A stretch of 64,000 nt of DNA from assembly GCA_040390725.1 (NCBI GenBank), contig JAZJXT010000003.1, positions 34,502 to 98,501 of the forward strand, in the 5' to 3' direction. The notes under the pieces were generated by a model. The model had not been told where the DNA came from and made no database searches. It was given only the letters and a program-made list of their open reading frames with translations. The translations under genes were made by a program, and so were the position numbers. Positions 26,719 to 36,546 of this stretch are shown in pieces. This DNA comes from Patescibacteria group bacterium. GTDB lineage: Bacteria; Patescibacteriota; Minisyncoccia; Phycocordibacterales; UBA9973. Positions within the stretch are counted from its first letter, which is position 1; the number at the start of each line of letters is the position of its first letter.

Positions 26719-26791
26719 TGCGTCCGGTTGGGATCGAACCAACGACCTTATCCTTAAAAGGGATCTGCTCTACCGACTGAGCTACGGACGC
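26719..26791 (-). tRNA. tRNA-Lys(TTT)
   Basis: GCGTCCGTAGCTCAGTCGGTAGAGCAGATCC-CTTTTAA-GGAT...GGTTCGATCC...CGGACGCA; CCA not encoded. Confidence 0.95.
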
Positions 26792-26835
26792 GAACTTATA
26801 TATGCGGTCTAATGAACTTTTGTAAGTAGTCAGTT

Positions 26836-26864
26836 GGATCCGCTACAACTGAGCTACGGACGCG
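26836..26864 (-). repeat. Degenerate duplicate of the tRNA-Lys 5' end
   Basis: 17-bp exact repeat ACTGAGCTACGGACGCG at 26848-26864 and 26776-26792, continuing imperfectly to GGATCC. Confidence 0.7.
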
Positions 26865-26900
26865 TGTTCTAAAATTATCACATTTTAAGTATAAAATCAA

Positions 26901-28595
26901 TTACCCAACTTCTTGTTGGTAACATTTCTCACAATAAACTATTTCTGGTCTTTCAGGGGCATAGGCTGTGGTGATGGGTGTATTGCATTTCATACAATTT
27001 CTTTTCCATAATTTCATCGGGTTTAGTCGGGAGAAATTATATTTCATTCTGCATTTTTGACAGGAATGAGGTACGGGCATATTCATTTTTCTTAAAAGCG
27101 AAAGTTCCATCAAGCCTATTTTGTATCCGCGATTGCATTCACTGCATTCTATAACTCCATTAAGTATTTCATCATTAGTATCGGAAATTTTATCCGGCAA
27201 ATTCTTAGCATTGATTGTTGTTTTATATTCTATTGGCTGTTCGTCGTACCAAGTAAAGCCCTCTCTTACACATTCTTCTTTTGTTTTTGGAAAAAATTTG
27301 TAGCTAGTAGTTTCATTGTATCCGAATAGGCTCATTTTTAACGGGAAAGTTTCTCCATAAGTCCATACTCTGCCTTGCGGGTCTATGTAGGGATTTTTCT
27401 TCATGTCCTCTATAATTTTTATTTTTAATTTTTCATATTCTTCTTTTGCGTATTCTTTGTTTAAGATGCAGTATTTTTTTCTTTTTAAATTCACGCAACC
27501 GAAATTATTTTTTCCGGCGATAGTCCAAATGGAATATTCTACATCCATACTTTCTGTATAAGCGCAATAAGAGAATTTTACATTACTGACATTTTCTCCG
27601 CTGGAGTGCGCTTCATAAATATTTTCAACATTCGCGCCCCAGCCGGAATAATCATAACAGCCTTTGGCAGGCTCTACAGTGATAAATTGGCAATAACTGC
27701 AATCTTCCGCGCCTTCACAAATATATAACTCTCTAGAATTTTTACATTCATAAATATATTCTCCTGTCGTGTTTACATTTAGAGTACTGCCGGTATATTC
27801 TCGGACTGGTTTTGTCATCCAAAATTCATGTGCTTGTTTTTCAAGTTCTCTTAATTTTATCCAAGAATCCAAACCAAGTTCCTTTATTTTTTTCTCATAT
27901 TCTTCTTTTGAATATTTAACATTAAAAATGCAATACGAAGCTCCGCGCATATTTACACAACCGATGCAATCATTGCAGTTGTAGCAATTTTTAGAAAAAT
28001 AAACATTTACACAATTTCTACATAATTCTGAAAAATATGTTTGATAGCATTTATAAATACCATTTGATTCGTAGCATAATTGTGATTCCCGTGCACGCAA
28101 GCAATCAGATGAGTCTTTCATTTTTAAAAGTATTGAAGAGTTATTTACATTTTCGCAATAATCCGCCCAAAAGGTGAGATAACAATTCCTCAAATACGAT
28201 GCGCCGTTGCAGTATTCAGAATTTATCATTGTTGGAGCGATTACTTCTTGGGCTACCCAAGGGGTTTTTCTAGAGAGCTCATAAATTTGTTCAAAGAAGT
28301 TTTTATTTGGGTCGTAGTCCATAGCGTATTCTGTGCCATCCCAATCATCCGCCCACCAGCAATCAGGGCAATACACTGCCACCGGTACATCTTTGTTGTA
28401 CATTGAAAGAACTTTCTTTTGGCATTTATTGCAGTTCCTCCAATACACATTCCATACGTTGTGTGTGGAAAGCCTGCGCACGATACGACAAATCGAGCAC
28501 CAAGTCGGGTGAGGGACATTTATTTTTTCATAATAAAGCTGGTCACGTTCGTCTATCACGAAGTCATTTTTACAGTTTTGGCATACGCCGTTCAT
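26901..28595 (-). CDS. Cys-rich multi-zinc-ribbon protein typical of CPR
   Basis: Many CxxC motifs, CWWADDWD, repetitive Cys beta-helix-like middle, VYCEKCYQQEV end. Confidence 0.8.
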   Translation of the reverse strand: MNGVCQNCKNDFVIDERDQLYYEKINVPHPTWCSICRIVRRLSTHNVWNVYWRNCNKCQKKVLSMYNKDVPVAVYCPDCWWADDWDGTEYAMDYDPNKNFFEQIYELSRKTPWVAQEVIAPTMINSEYCNGASYLRNCYLTFWADYCENVNNSSILLKMKDSSDCLRARESQLCYESNGIYKCYQTYFSELCRNCVNVYFSKNCYNCNDCIGCVNMRGASYCIFNVKYSKEEYEKKIKELGLDSWIKLRELEKQAHEFWMTKPVREYTGSTLNVNTTGEYIYECKNSRELYICEGAEDCSYCQFITVEPAKGCYDYSGWGANVENIYEAHSSGENVSNVKFSYCAYTESMDVEYSIWTIAGKNNFGCVNLKRKKYCILNKEYAKEEYEKLKIKIIEDMKKNPYIDPQGRVWTYGETFPLKMSLFGYNETTSYKFFPKTKEECVREGFTWYDEQPIEYKTTINAKNLPDKISDTNDEILNGVIECSECNRGYKIGLMELSLLRKMNMPVPHSCQKCRMKYNFSRLNPMKLWKRNCMKCNTPITTAYAPERPEIVYCEKCYQQEVG

Positions 28596-28631
28596 TTTTT
28601 GATTATAGCATTTTTATGTATAATGAAGCAT

Positions 28632-29108
28632 ATGCAAGAAAACCAAAACATTTTAATACTAAATGACATTCGGAGCGTGGAGAATGTCGGGGCGATGTTT
28701 CGTACGGCTGATGCGGCGGGGATAGAAAAGATTTATTTGGTGGGTGTGACGCCTGCGCCTATTGATAGGTTTGGGCGGAAACGAAATGATTTGGCAAAGT
28801 CGGCGCTCGGAGCGGAAGAATTTGTAAAGTGGGAACAGGCGGAAGATATTTTTTCTTTATTGGAAAAATTAAAAAAAGAAAATTTTAAAATAATTGCGAT
28901 AGAGCAAGATGAAAAGTCTATTGATTATAAAGATATAAAAATAGGGGAGAAGAATGCTTTTTTAATGGGCACGGAAGTTTCTGGAATTCCAAAAGAAGTT
29001 TTAGAAAAATGTGATCTTATTGCTGAGATACCGATGCTCGGCAAAAAAGAATCGCTAAATGTTTCCGTGGCGCTAGGTGTGGCCTTGTTTAGAATGTTGC
29101 AGATTTAA
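28632..29108 (+). CDS. TrmH/SpoU family RNA methyltransferase
   Basis: NVGAMFRTADA, GTEVSG, IPMLGKKESLNVSVA. Confidence 0.92.
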   Translation: MQENQNILILNDIRSVENVGAMFRTADAAGIEKIYLVGVTPAPIDRFGRKRNDLAKSALGAEEFVKWEQAEDIFSLLEKLKKENFKIIAIEQDEKSIDYKDIKIGEKNAFLMGTEVSGIPKEVLEKCDLIAEIPMLGKKESLNVSVALGVALFRMLQI

Positions 29109-29114
29109 AGGGTG

Positions 29115-29279
29115 CTATTGTTGGTGTGAGTAGTAATTGCTCGTGTCTATTGTCGTTGTCGTTGTCGTTGTGGATTGTTTATTTTCTTGATTTGTTACAA
29201 ACCAAGCTAAAAATAGCAATGCTAGTATTAAAATAAAACCTTTCAGGTGGCCTGTCGCAGAGTGCTCTTCTTCTGACAT
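29115..29279 (-). CDS. Small single-TM protein with Thr-rich tail
   Basis: MSEEEHS...FILILALLFLAWFV...STTTTTTT; starts 1 nt after the mutM stop. Confidence 0.55.
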   Translation of the reverse strand: MSEEEHSATGHLKGFILILALLFLAWFVTNQENKQSTTTTTTTIDTSNYYSHQQ

Positions 29280-29280
29280 A

Positions 29281-30198
29281 TTATTTTTGATGATTAGGGC
29301 AAAAGTGACTGCTTCTGCCATTTATAATTTTTCTTATTATAACATTCTTATTATTTTTCTTGCAATCTTTATATCTGCATTGCTCACCATTTCTTCGATA
29401 AGCTTCATGGTGAAGCTGAAATTTACCCGGTAGCCCATAAATATTGCGATAGTCTGACATCGAGTCTCCGCCAAAATTTATGCCTTTTTTCAATAGTTCT
29501 TTTGTTGCTGTATATATTTTTTTAAATTCCAATTCTTTTATTTGTGAGACTTTTCTTTCCGGGTGGATGCTGGCACGCCATAGTATCTCATCGGAATAAA
29601 TATTGCCGATGCCGGCTAGGATACTTTGATCCATTAAAACTGTTTTTATTTTGCCATTTGGTTTTTTGGAAAGTCTTTCTTTTAATACTTTTAAAGTGAA
29701 ATTTTTATCCAATGGGTCTGGGCCGATGTTATTTAAATGCTTGGTATCGTGAGCAGTTTTTGTGTCGAGTAAAGTTATCTTGCCGAACTTTCGCGCATCA
29801 CTAAAAGCTAAGTTTTTATTGTTTGAAAGTGTAAAAACAACATGCACGAATCTATTGTACGGGTCTGCTAAGGGGGAGTTTTTGTCATTCGGAATCCATT
29901 TTTTACTGATAAGGTGATATTTTCCATAAAGCAAATGCCCGGTCATTTTCATGTGGATTAAAATAGTTTTGCCACCAGATAAATTTATCAAAATATTTTT
30001 TGCGCGTCTTTCTGTCGATATTATTTTCTTTCCGGAAATTTCTTTTTTAAAAATAGGAAAATACTTTGCATTGGCAATATTTTCTTTTTGGCGTTTGTCT
30101 TTGGTATTCAAATCAGTCCAAACTTCTTTTATTTTGAGGCCGACGATTTCTTTGCGCAGGCCTCGTGTTGTTGTTTCTACTTCTGGTAGTTCAGGCAT
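29281..30198 (-). CDS. mutM: Formamidopyrimidine-DNA glycosylase
   Basis: MPELPEVET, HMKMTG, AGIGNIYSDE, C-terminal zinc finger. Confidence 0.96.
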   Translation of the reverse strand: MPELPEVETTTRGLRKEIVGLKIKEVWTDLNTKDKRQKENIANAKYFPIFKKEISGKKIISTERRAKNILINLSGGKTILIHMKMTGHLLYGKYHLISKKWIPNDKNSPLADPYNRFVHVVFTLSNNKNLAFSDARKFGKITLLDTKTAHDTKHLNNIGPDPLDKNFTLKVLKERLSKKPNGKIKTVLMDQSILAGIGNIYSDEILWRASIHPERKVSQIKELEFKKIYTATKELLKKGINFGGDSMSDYRNIYGLPGKFQLHHEAYRRNGEQCRYKDCKKNNKNVIIRKIINGRSSHFCPNHQK

Positions 30199-30212
30199 GG
30201 TATGATTATAAT

Positions 30213-31052
30213 ATGAAAAAGTTTTTATTCATATTATTTATTTTCACAATAATTTTTGCGCCATTTGTAAGCTTAAGGGCAGAAAGTATAAATATGCAAC
30301 CCGTTAAGATATTGCTTGTACCGGGGCATGATGATGAATTTGGGGGTGCGCAGTATGGAAATATTAAAGAAGCTGATATGAATTTAGCATTAGCTACTCA
30401 AATTTATAATATCTTTAAAAAAGATAAAAGATTCAAAGTATATATTACTCGTGATTATTCCGGGTATACGAAAGAATTTAAGGATTATTTTTCTGATATG
30501 TCTTTGATTTCTTCTTTTGAAGAAAAAGCTAAAAAAAATATGCAGGCCGAAGTAGAAGCCGGAACTTTTATTGAAAAGGCGGGTGCTCCGCATGCTACTG
30601 CTAAAAAGGGAATGGCTCTTCGATTATATGGTTTTAATAAATGGGCAAATGAAAATAAAATTGATGCCATGATTCATATTCATTTTAATGATTATGTGCG
30701 TTTGCGAAAAGAGGGAACAGGTAAGTATAAAGGTTTTGCTGTTTATATGCCTGACCCGCAGATGCCGAACGCAAATACAAGTGATGCCTTTGCAAGTAGT
30801 ATTTTTAAAGAACTTTCAAAAAAGTATTTAACTAGTAATTTTGGTAAAGAAAAAGGTGGTCTTATCTCAGATCAAAAACTTATTGCCCTAGGTGCTTATG
30901 ATACGCTTGAGTCATCTGTGCGATCTGTTCTTGTAGAGTATGGCTATATTTATGAAAAAAAATTTAGAACTTATGCTCTACGTAAAAAAGCTTATGCGAG
31001 CATGGCGCAGCTGACTTCTGCAGGAATAAAAAATTATTTCTTTAGCCAGTAA
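30213..31052 (+). CDS. N-acetylmuramoyl-L-alanine amidase (Amidase_3)
   Basis: Signal peptide; PGH..., EADMN, IHFN, VLVEYGYI. Confidence 0.85.
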   Translation: MKKFLFILFIFTIIFAPFVSLRAESINMQPVKILLVPGHDDEFGGAQYGNIKEADMNLALATQIYNIFKKDKRFKVYITRDYSGYTKEFKDYFSDMSLISSFEEKAKKNMQAEVEAGTFIEKAGAPHATAKKGMALRLYGFNKWANENKIDAMIHIHFNDYVRLRKEGTGKYKGFAVYMPDPQMPNANTSDAFASSIFKELSKKYLTSNFGKEKGGLISDQKLIALGAYDTLESSVRSVLVEYGYIYEKKFRTYALRKKAYASMAQLTSAGIKNYFFSQ

Positions 31053-31078
31053 TTATTTTTTGTCTAACTTGCGGCCTA

Positions 31079-31639
31079 TTATTTCCCTAAAATTTGTAAA
31101 GCTTCTTTTATTTTTGCATTAGTATTTTCAGATTTGGTTTGTTTTAATGCTTCACGCGCTTCGTTTTGGGAGTAGCCGAGGGATTTTAATGCTTCCAGGG
31201 CGTCGAGTTCTTCTTTTAGGGATCCATCTTTTTCTTCACCCTTAAATTTGTCTCTTAAATCTATGACTATTCTTTCCGCAGTTTTTTTGCCGATGCCGGA
31301 TATTTTTGTAAGGTATGAAGTATCACCCGTACCTATGGCTTTGCGCAAAGTTTCAATGCTCGCTATTCCTAAAATAGCTAGAGCAGATTTTGGTCCGATG
31401 CCGGATACTCCGATTAACATTTCAAAAAATTCTAATTCTTGTCTTTCTAGAAATCCATAAAGGTCCATGGCGTCTTCGCGTACGTGCAGGTGCGTCCAAA
31501 GGAAAATTTCATCCCCGTGTTTGGGGGATTTGGATAATGTGTCAGGGGAGACGTTTATTTTATAGCCGACACCATTTGCCTCTGCTACTAAAAATTTATC
31601 TGTTTTTAGGGTTATTATACCTTTTATGCTTGCTATCAT
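31079..31639 (-). CDS. ruvA: Holliday junction DNA-binding protein RuvA
   Basis: NGVGY, HVRED..LYGF, VSGIGPK, GIGKKTAERI, ALKSLGY. Confidence 0.96.
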   Translation of the reverse strand: MIASIKGIITLKTDKFLVAEANGVGYKINVSPDTLSKSPKHGDEIFLWTHLHVREDAMDLYGFLERQELEFFEMLIGVSGIGPKSALAILGIASIETLRKAIGTGDTSYLTKISGIGKKTAERIVIDLRDKFKGEEKDGSLKEELDALEALKSLGYSQNEAREALKQTKSENTNAKIKEALQILGK

Positions 31640-31746
31640 TTCTATATCATAGCAGTTTTTCTATAAATTATTTGCTTGACTATATATAACTAAAATGCAA
31701 TAATATAGGCTGTTCTTTTTACCTTAAACCTTAACCGCACAAAGAA

Positions 31747-32223
31747 ATGGAAAAAACAGTTATTGTTATGGAGCATCTCAAGTTTATCGGGAAATTTAAT
31801 TTGTCCGCAGTAAATCAACAAAATTTACGAATTACGGATTTTAATCCGAAGGTCGTCTCTTTTGATGATCACCTAAAGAGTGAATTAAAGGATATTAATA
31901 ATTTATCCTTGCCGTTTCATTGTTTAGAAATTTGTAAATCGAAGATAGTAAAACCTGCTTCCATTTATGAAATAAAAAATAATTTTTCTAAACTTCCCAT
32001 CATTCCTTTTTCCCAGTTTCTGTCACAAACCTTCTTGATGATAAATAAAGAAGGATTTTTAGAAACAAGGAAAAATAATCTTTTTTTTGTTGAGATGAGG
32101 GAGGGTAGTAATATTCCTATTATTGTTGGCAAAAACACTAGCAGCAGTAAGAGTATTTGGCGTATTCGGCGATTGGCCGTTGACTCCAGCCCCTTGTCTG
32201 TAGGCATGGGAGTTTTTCATTAA
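31747..32223 (+). CDS. Hypothetical protein
   Basis: 158-aa ORF with own promoter (TTGACT 31676, N17, AATAAT) and terminator. Confidence 0.6.
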   Translation: MEKTVIVMEHLKFIGKFNLSAVNQQNLRITDFNPKVVSFDDHLKSELKDINNLSLPFHCLEICKSKIVKPASIYEIKNNFSKLPIIPFSQFLSQTFLMINKEGFLETRKNNLFFVEMREGSNIPIIVGKNTSSSKSIWRIRRLAVDSSPLSVGMGVFH

Positions 32224-32234
32224 AGATATTATAT

Positions 32235-32277
32235 ATAGGCATGAGTTCTAAAAGAACTCATGCCTATTATTTTTTTA
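32235..32277 (+). terminator. Intrinsic terminator
   Basis: ATAGGCATGAGTTCT/AGAACTCATGCCTAT + T-run. Confidence 0.8.
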
Positions 32278-32313
32278 TTTGCTTTTTTTATGGTTTTCTG
32301 TTAAATTACTTTT

Positions 32314-32565
32314 ATGCCAATAACACAATCAGCTAAAAAAGCTATCCGCGGGTCCCTTAGGAAAAAGGGCTATAATGACCGCAGGAAAAAAGCTATGAAG
32401 GAAGTAATAAAGAAGATTGAGAAAACTGTAAAGGCTGATAAAGCCGGTGCAGAAAAAATGCTCTCAGCTGCATTCAAAGCTATAGATAAAGCAGCAAAAA
32501 CAGGCGTTATAAAGAAAAATAACGCTGCTCGCAAGAAGTCTCGACTTTCTAGGTTAGTTAAGTAA
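32314..32565 (+). CDS. rpsT: 30S ribosomal protein S20
   Basis: SAKKAIR...IDKAAKTGVIKKNNAARKKSRL. Confidence 0.96.
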   Translation: MPITQSAKKAIRGSLRKKGYNDRRKKAMKEVIKKIEKTVKADKAGAEKMLSAAFKAIDKAAKTGVIKKNNAARKKSRLSRLVK

Positions 32566-32674
32566 AAACAAGAATTAACTTTTACTGGGTCGCTGTCTGT
32601 GCCTGCTGGCACAGCGCTCACTCTCGGCTCGTCAGCCTGCTAGAGACCCATTAAAAGTTAATTCTTGTTTTTTT
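32564..32674. repeat. Palindromic REP/MITE-like element after rpsT
   Basis: 21-bp IR AAAAACAAGAATTAACTTTTA/TAAAAGTTAATTCTTGTTTTT plus TGGGTC/GACCCA, with a GC-rich inner hairpin CTGTGCC/GGCACAG. Confidence 0.6.
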
Positions 32675-32694
32675 ATTTGTGATATAATATTTCT

Positions 32695-32973
32695 ATGAGC
32701 CATTTATTAGAATTTTATGGAACAGAGTGTCCGCATTGCGTGCGTATGCATGAGCTTGTGGAGCGCTTAGAAAAAGAAGAAGGGATAAAAGTTGAAAGCC
32801 TGGAGACTTGGCACAATGCTGAAAATGAAAAACGTTTGAATGAAATAGATAAAGATATGTGTGGAGGAGTGCCTTTTTTCTATAATACTGAAACCAAGAA
32901 ATTTATTTGCGGAGAAGCTGATTATGAAACTTTAAAAGCTTGGGCTACGGGCGCACCATTTACTCAAGAATAA
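32695..32973 (+). CDS. Thioredoxin/glutaredoxin-like protein
   Basis: FYGTECPHC, GGVPFF. Confidence 0.85.
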   Translation: MSHLLEFYGTECPHCVRMHELVERLEKEEGIKVESLETWHNAENEKRLNEIDKDMCGGVPFFYNTETKKFICGEADYETLKAWATGAPFTQE

Positions 32974-32987
32974 ACGTATAAAAAACC

Positions 32988-33785
32988 GTGAATATTATTG
33001 AAGTTAAAAATTTAACAAAAAAGTTTGGAGATTTTATCGCAGTTGACGATATTTCTTTTTCTGTGGAACAAGGAAAAATTTTTGCATTTCTTGGTCCGAA
33101 TGGTGCGGGTAAAACCACTACTATAAAAATGCTTACTACTCTTCTCGAGCCGACGAATGGTGAAGTAAGAATAAATAATTTTAATTTAAAAAATGAACGT
33201 GACGATGTGCGCAGGTCTTTCGGTATTGTTTTTCAAGATCCGAGCCTCGATGATGATTTGACTGCTTATGAGAATATGGAATTCCATGCCATTTTATATG
33301 GTGAAAATAAAGCGACTCGTGTAAAAAGAATCGAAGAGCTTTTGAAATTGGTGGAATTGTGGGACAGAAAAAAAGATTTTGTGAAAACTTTTTCCGGTGG
33401 CATGAAGCGTCGTCTCGAAATAGCACGTTCCCTGATTCATACACCAAAAATTATTTTCCTCGATGAGCCGACCGTCGGCCTCGACCCACAAACTAGGAAT
33501 CATATTTGGTCTTATGTTGTGAATCTTTCCAAGAAAGAAGGTGTGACGGTATTTTTAACGACGCATTATATGGAAGAAGCGGATAAAATGGCGGATGAAG
33601 TGGTTATTATCGACCATGGAAAAATAATCGGCTCAGGCAAGCCGGAAGAATTGAAAAAAAATACCGGGACAAATTCATTGGAAGAAGCATTTTTAAAATT
33701 AACAGGTAAAGATATACGCGCAGATGAAGCCAGCTCGATGGATGTTTTGCGTTCACACGCAAAAATGTGGGGCAAAAAAAGATAA
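32988..33785 (+). CDS. ABC transporter ATP-binding protein (DrrA-like)
   Basis: GPNGAGKTT, FSGGMKRR, LDEPTVGLDP, TTHYMEEA. Confidence 0.93.
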   Translation: MNIIEVKNLTKKFGDFIAVDDISFSVEQGKIFAFLGPNGAGKTTTIKMLTTLLEPTNGEVRINNFNLKNERDDVRRSFGIVFQDPSLDDDLTAYENMEFHAILYGENKATRVKRIEELLKLVELWDRKKDFVKTFSGGMKRRLEIARSLIHTPKIIFLDEPTVGLDPQTRNHIWSYVVNLSKKEGVTVFLTTHYMEEADKMADEVVIIDHGKIIGSGKPEELKKNTGTNSLEEAFLKLTGKDIRADEASSMDVLRSHAKMWGKKR

Positions 33786-33815
33786 GAATTTTAAAATAAA
33801 AAAACAAATAAAATT

Positions 33816-34562
33816 ATGAATGCAATTTATATCCTTTGGATAAGACAATTAAAAAAATATTGGAGATCAAAAGCGAGAATCGTTGGCTCTTTAGGGCAAC
33901 CGCTTTTATTTCTTTTAGTTTTCGGCTTTGGCTTCGGCGGAATTTTCCAAAAAGCCGGGGGAGGGGATTATATTCAATTCCTTGTGCCTGGAATAGTTGC
34001 GATGGCGATAATTTTCACTGCGATTTTTGGAGGCATTGAACTCATTTGGGATAGACAATTTGGTTTTCTGAAAGAAACGATGGTGGCGCCGGTGTCACGT
34101 TTTAATATTATGCTCGGGCGTACTTTTGGCGGGGCGAGCGTAGCAGTTATTCAAGGTATCGCTGTTCTGATCATTTCATTTCTTGTCGGTTTTAAAATGC
34201 ACAATCTTTTGATGCTTTTTCCTGCGTTAGTATTTATGTTTTTAATCGCATTTCTTTTTACTGCTTTAGGCACGGCTATAGCTTCCAAGCTCACCGATAT
34301 GCAAGCTTTCCCTATAATTATGAATTTCCTAGTGATGCCTTTATTTTTCCTTTCCGGTTCAATTTTCCCACTTACAACTGCACCGAAAGCTTTGCAAATT
34401 TTAGGAAAAATGGATCCGCTTTCTTACGGCATAGACGGCTTGCGTTATGCATTTATCGGCACCTCAACACTTAATCCTTGGGTTGATCTTTTAGTTTTAA
34501 TTTTATTCTCTGTCGTAATCCTTTTCATTGGCCGATACCTATTCGAAAAAATGGAAGCATAG
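33816..34562 (+). CDS. ABC-2 type permease
   Basis: Six TM; DRQFGFLKE, FFLSG..FP, PLSYGIDGLR. Confidence 0.9.
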   Translation: MNAIYILWIRQLKKYWRSKARIVGSLGQPLLFLLVFGFGFGGIFQKAGGGDYIQFLVPGIVAMAIIFTAIFGGIELIWDRQFGFLKETMVAPVSRFNIMLGRTFGGASVAVIQGIAVLIISFLVGFKMHNLLMLFPALVFMFLIAFLFTALGTAIASKLTDMQAFPIIMNFLVMPLFFLSGSIFPLTTAPKALQILGKMDPLSYGIDGLRYAFIGTSTLNPWVDLLVLILFSVVILFIGRYLFEKMEA

Positions 34563-34627
34563 TTTTAAATTTTTATTTTTCTACTAACTTTTACATATGC
34601 ATAAGATAGTAGAATAATTAAAAAAGG

Positions 34628-34667
34628 CAATAAAAAAACACCCCATTGCTGAGGTGTTTTTTTATTG
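34628..34667. terminator. Bidirectional terminator
   Basis: CAATAAAAAAACACC.CA/TG.GGTGTTTTTTTATTG. Confidence 0.75.
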
Positions 34668-34671
34668 AAAA

Positions 34672-34869
34672 CTATGCGCGTTGAACGTTCACAGCATTCA
34701 ATCCTTTTGGAGACTCTTCTGTTTCGAAAGAAACATTATCGCCTTCCTTAAGTTCATCAAAAGATACGCCTACAAGTGCATTGCTGTGGAAGAATAAATC
34801 CTTCGCCAAGCCTTCTGCAACTATGAAGCCGAAACCTTTATCAGTGAGTCTTTTTATAGTACCAGTCAT
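34672..34869 (-). CDS. Cold-shock protein
   Basis: KGFGFI (RNP1), DLFFH (RNP2), KGLNAVNV. Confidence 0.95.
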   Translation of the reverse strand: MTGTIKRLTDKGFGFIVAEGLAKDLFFHSNALVGVSFDELKEGDNVSFETEESPKGLNAVNVQRA

Positions 34870-35017
34870 TGATTTGATTTGTTTAATTTGTTAAATGAAA
34901 AATAAAGTGTATGTCGACTACTTCTAACCCCTAAATTCCTTACATTAAGTATAGCAAATTACATTTCATTTGTCAAGCAAAGTGGCTATTTTCCCTTAAA
35001 TAGGCTAGTCTGTATCA

Positions 35018-36487
35018 ATGGCAGGAGAAACTATAGTTAGATTTGATAAGGTGTCGTTTGAGTTCGGCGTAAACAAGCCCATTTTAGATGAGGTGAGTTT
35101 TTCTATTCGTAGGGGTGCCAAGCTGACATTGATGGGGCAAAATGGCGCGGGGAAGAGTACTATATTTGGGCTTATTTCAGGAATTAACAAGCCAGAAAAT
35201 GGAATCATAAATATTGTGAATAATGTGAGCATCGCTTCAGCAAAGCAAGTAATTCCACGTGCGGATTTGGAATTAACCGTGCGAGAATTTTTTGAAAAAT
35301 GTTTCAAGGATAAAGTGTATGACATAGATCCAAAGATCGATGAAATTTTGGAAGTGGTGAATCTAAAAGGTCACGAAAAAGTGCATGACAGAGTTATGAA
35401 AACTTTTTCTGGCGGGCAGCAAGCGCGTTTGCTTTTGGCGTCCGCACTCATTCAAAATCCTGATTTGCTTTTACTCGATGAGCCGACGAATAATCTAGAC
35501 AAAGCCGGTATCGCGCATCTGACTAAGTTCTTGGTGAATTACAAAAAAACAGTTCTCGTTATTTCTCACGATGCGGAATTCTTGAATGCTTTTACAGAAG
35601 GCGTTTTGTATTTGGATGTTTACACTAGAAAAATAGAACAATACGTCGGTAACTATTTTAATGTTGTGAAAGATATCACTGCGCGAGTGGAAAGAGAAAA
35701 TATGAAAAATGCGCAATTGGAAAAAGAAATTCAAGCAAAGAAAGATCAAGCGAATGTATTTGCGCACAAGGGAGGACGCTTACGACTCGTCGCGCGACGA
35801 ATGCGCGAGAAAGCTGAAGAACTCGAAGAAGATATTGTCGAAGTGCGAAAAGAAGACAGGACGATACGACCTTTTACTATTCCGGCTCAGCCTGATCTGA
35901 TAGGGGAGATTTTAAGCATTTCGGAATTTACGACGATGAAGAATGGAAAAATAGTGAAACATAAAACAAAAATTTCTTTGAATAAAAATAAGCATTTGCT
36001 TTTGCAAGGTCCGAACGGAATAGGTAAAAGTACATTACTCGAGAGGCTGGCATCGGGGCACGCGAAAGGCGAAACGATAAAAGAGGGGACGCGCATCGGG
36101 TATTATAGGCAAGATTTTTCGACGCTTAATTTTGATGATACTGTGTATCAATCTCTCGCGTCTGCGATGCTCGACGGCGGAGAAAAGTTAGACGAAGAAA
36201 GAATGCGCGCTATTGCTGCAGGGTTTTTAATCACCGGAGAATTTATTCGCACAAAAATTGGAAGTTTATCCGAAGGGCAAAAAGGCTTGGTAGCTTTTGC
36301 TCGCTTGGTCCTCCAAAAACCCGGCCTTCTCATCCTCGACGAGCCGACAAACCACATAAATTTCCGTCACTTACCCATCATCGCCGAAGCACTCGATAAA
36401 TACACCGGTACGATGATACTAGTTTCCCACGTGCCCGAATTCGTTAGTCAAATTAGGATTGATGAAGTACTTGATCTAGAGAAGTAA
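35018..36487 (+). CDS. ABC-F family ATPase
   Basis: Two NBDs (GQNGAGKST, GPNGIGKST; LDEPTN twice), no TM, coiled linker. Confidence 0.9.
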   Translation: MAGETIVRFDKVSFEFGVNKPILDEVSFSIRRGAKLTLMGQNGAGKSTIFGLISGINKPENGIINIVNNVSIASAKQVIPRADLELTVREFFEKCFKDKVYDIDPKIDEILEVVNLKGHEKVHDRVMKTFSGGQQARLLLASALIQNPDLLLLDEPTNNLDKAGIAHLTKFLVNYKKTVLVISHDAEFLNAFTEGVLYLDVYTRKIEQYVGNYFNVVKDITARVERENMKNAQLEKEIQAKKDQANVFAHKGGRLRLVARRMREKAEELEEDIVEVRKEDRTIRPFTIPAQPDLIGEILSISEFTTMKNGKIVKHKTKISLNKNKHLLLQGPNGIGKSTLLERLASGHAKGETIKEGTRIGYYRQDFSTLNFDDTVYQSLASAMLDGGEKLDEERMRAIAAGFLITGEFIRTKIGSLSEGQKGLVAFARLVLQKPGLLILDEPTNHINFRHLPIIAEALDKYTGTMILVSHVPEFVSQIRIDEVLDLEK

Positions 36488-36546
36488 GAATTTAAAATAT
36501 ATTAACTTAATAAACATTTATGAAATTTTTTAGTTATAATATAAAT

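Noticed and set aside
29149-29172. (GTTGTC)n microsatellite as a phase-variation tract
   Set aside because: Short in-frame repeat encoding a Thr run; length changes would not shift the frame
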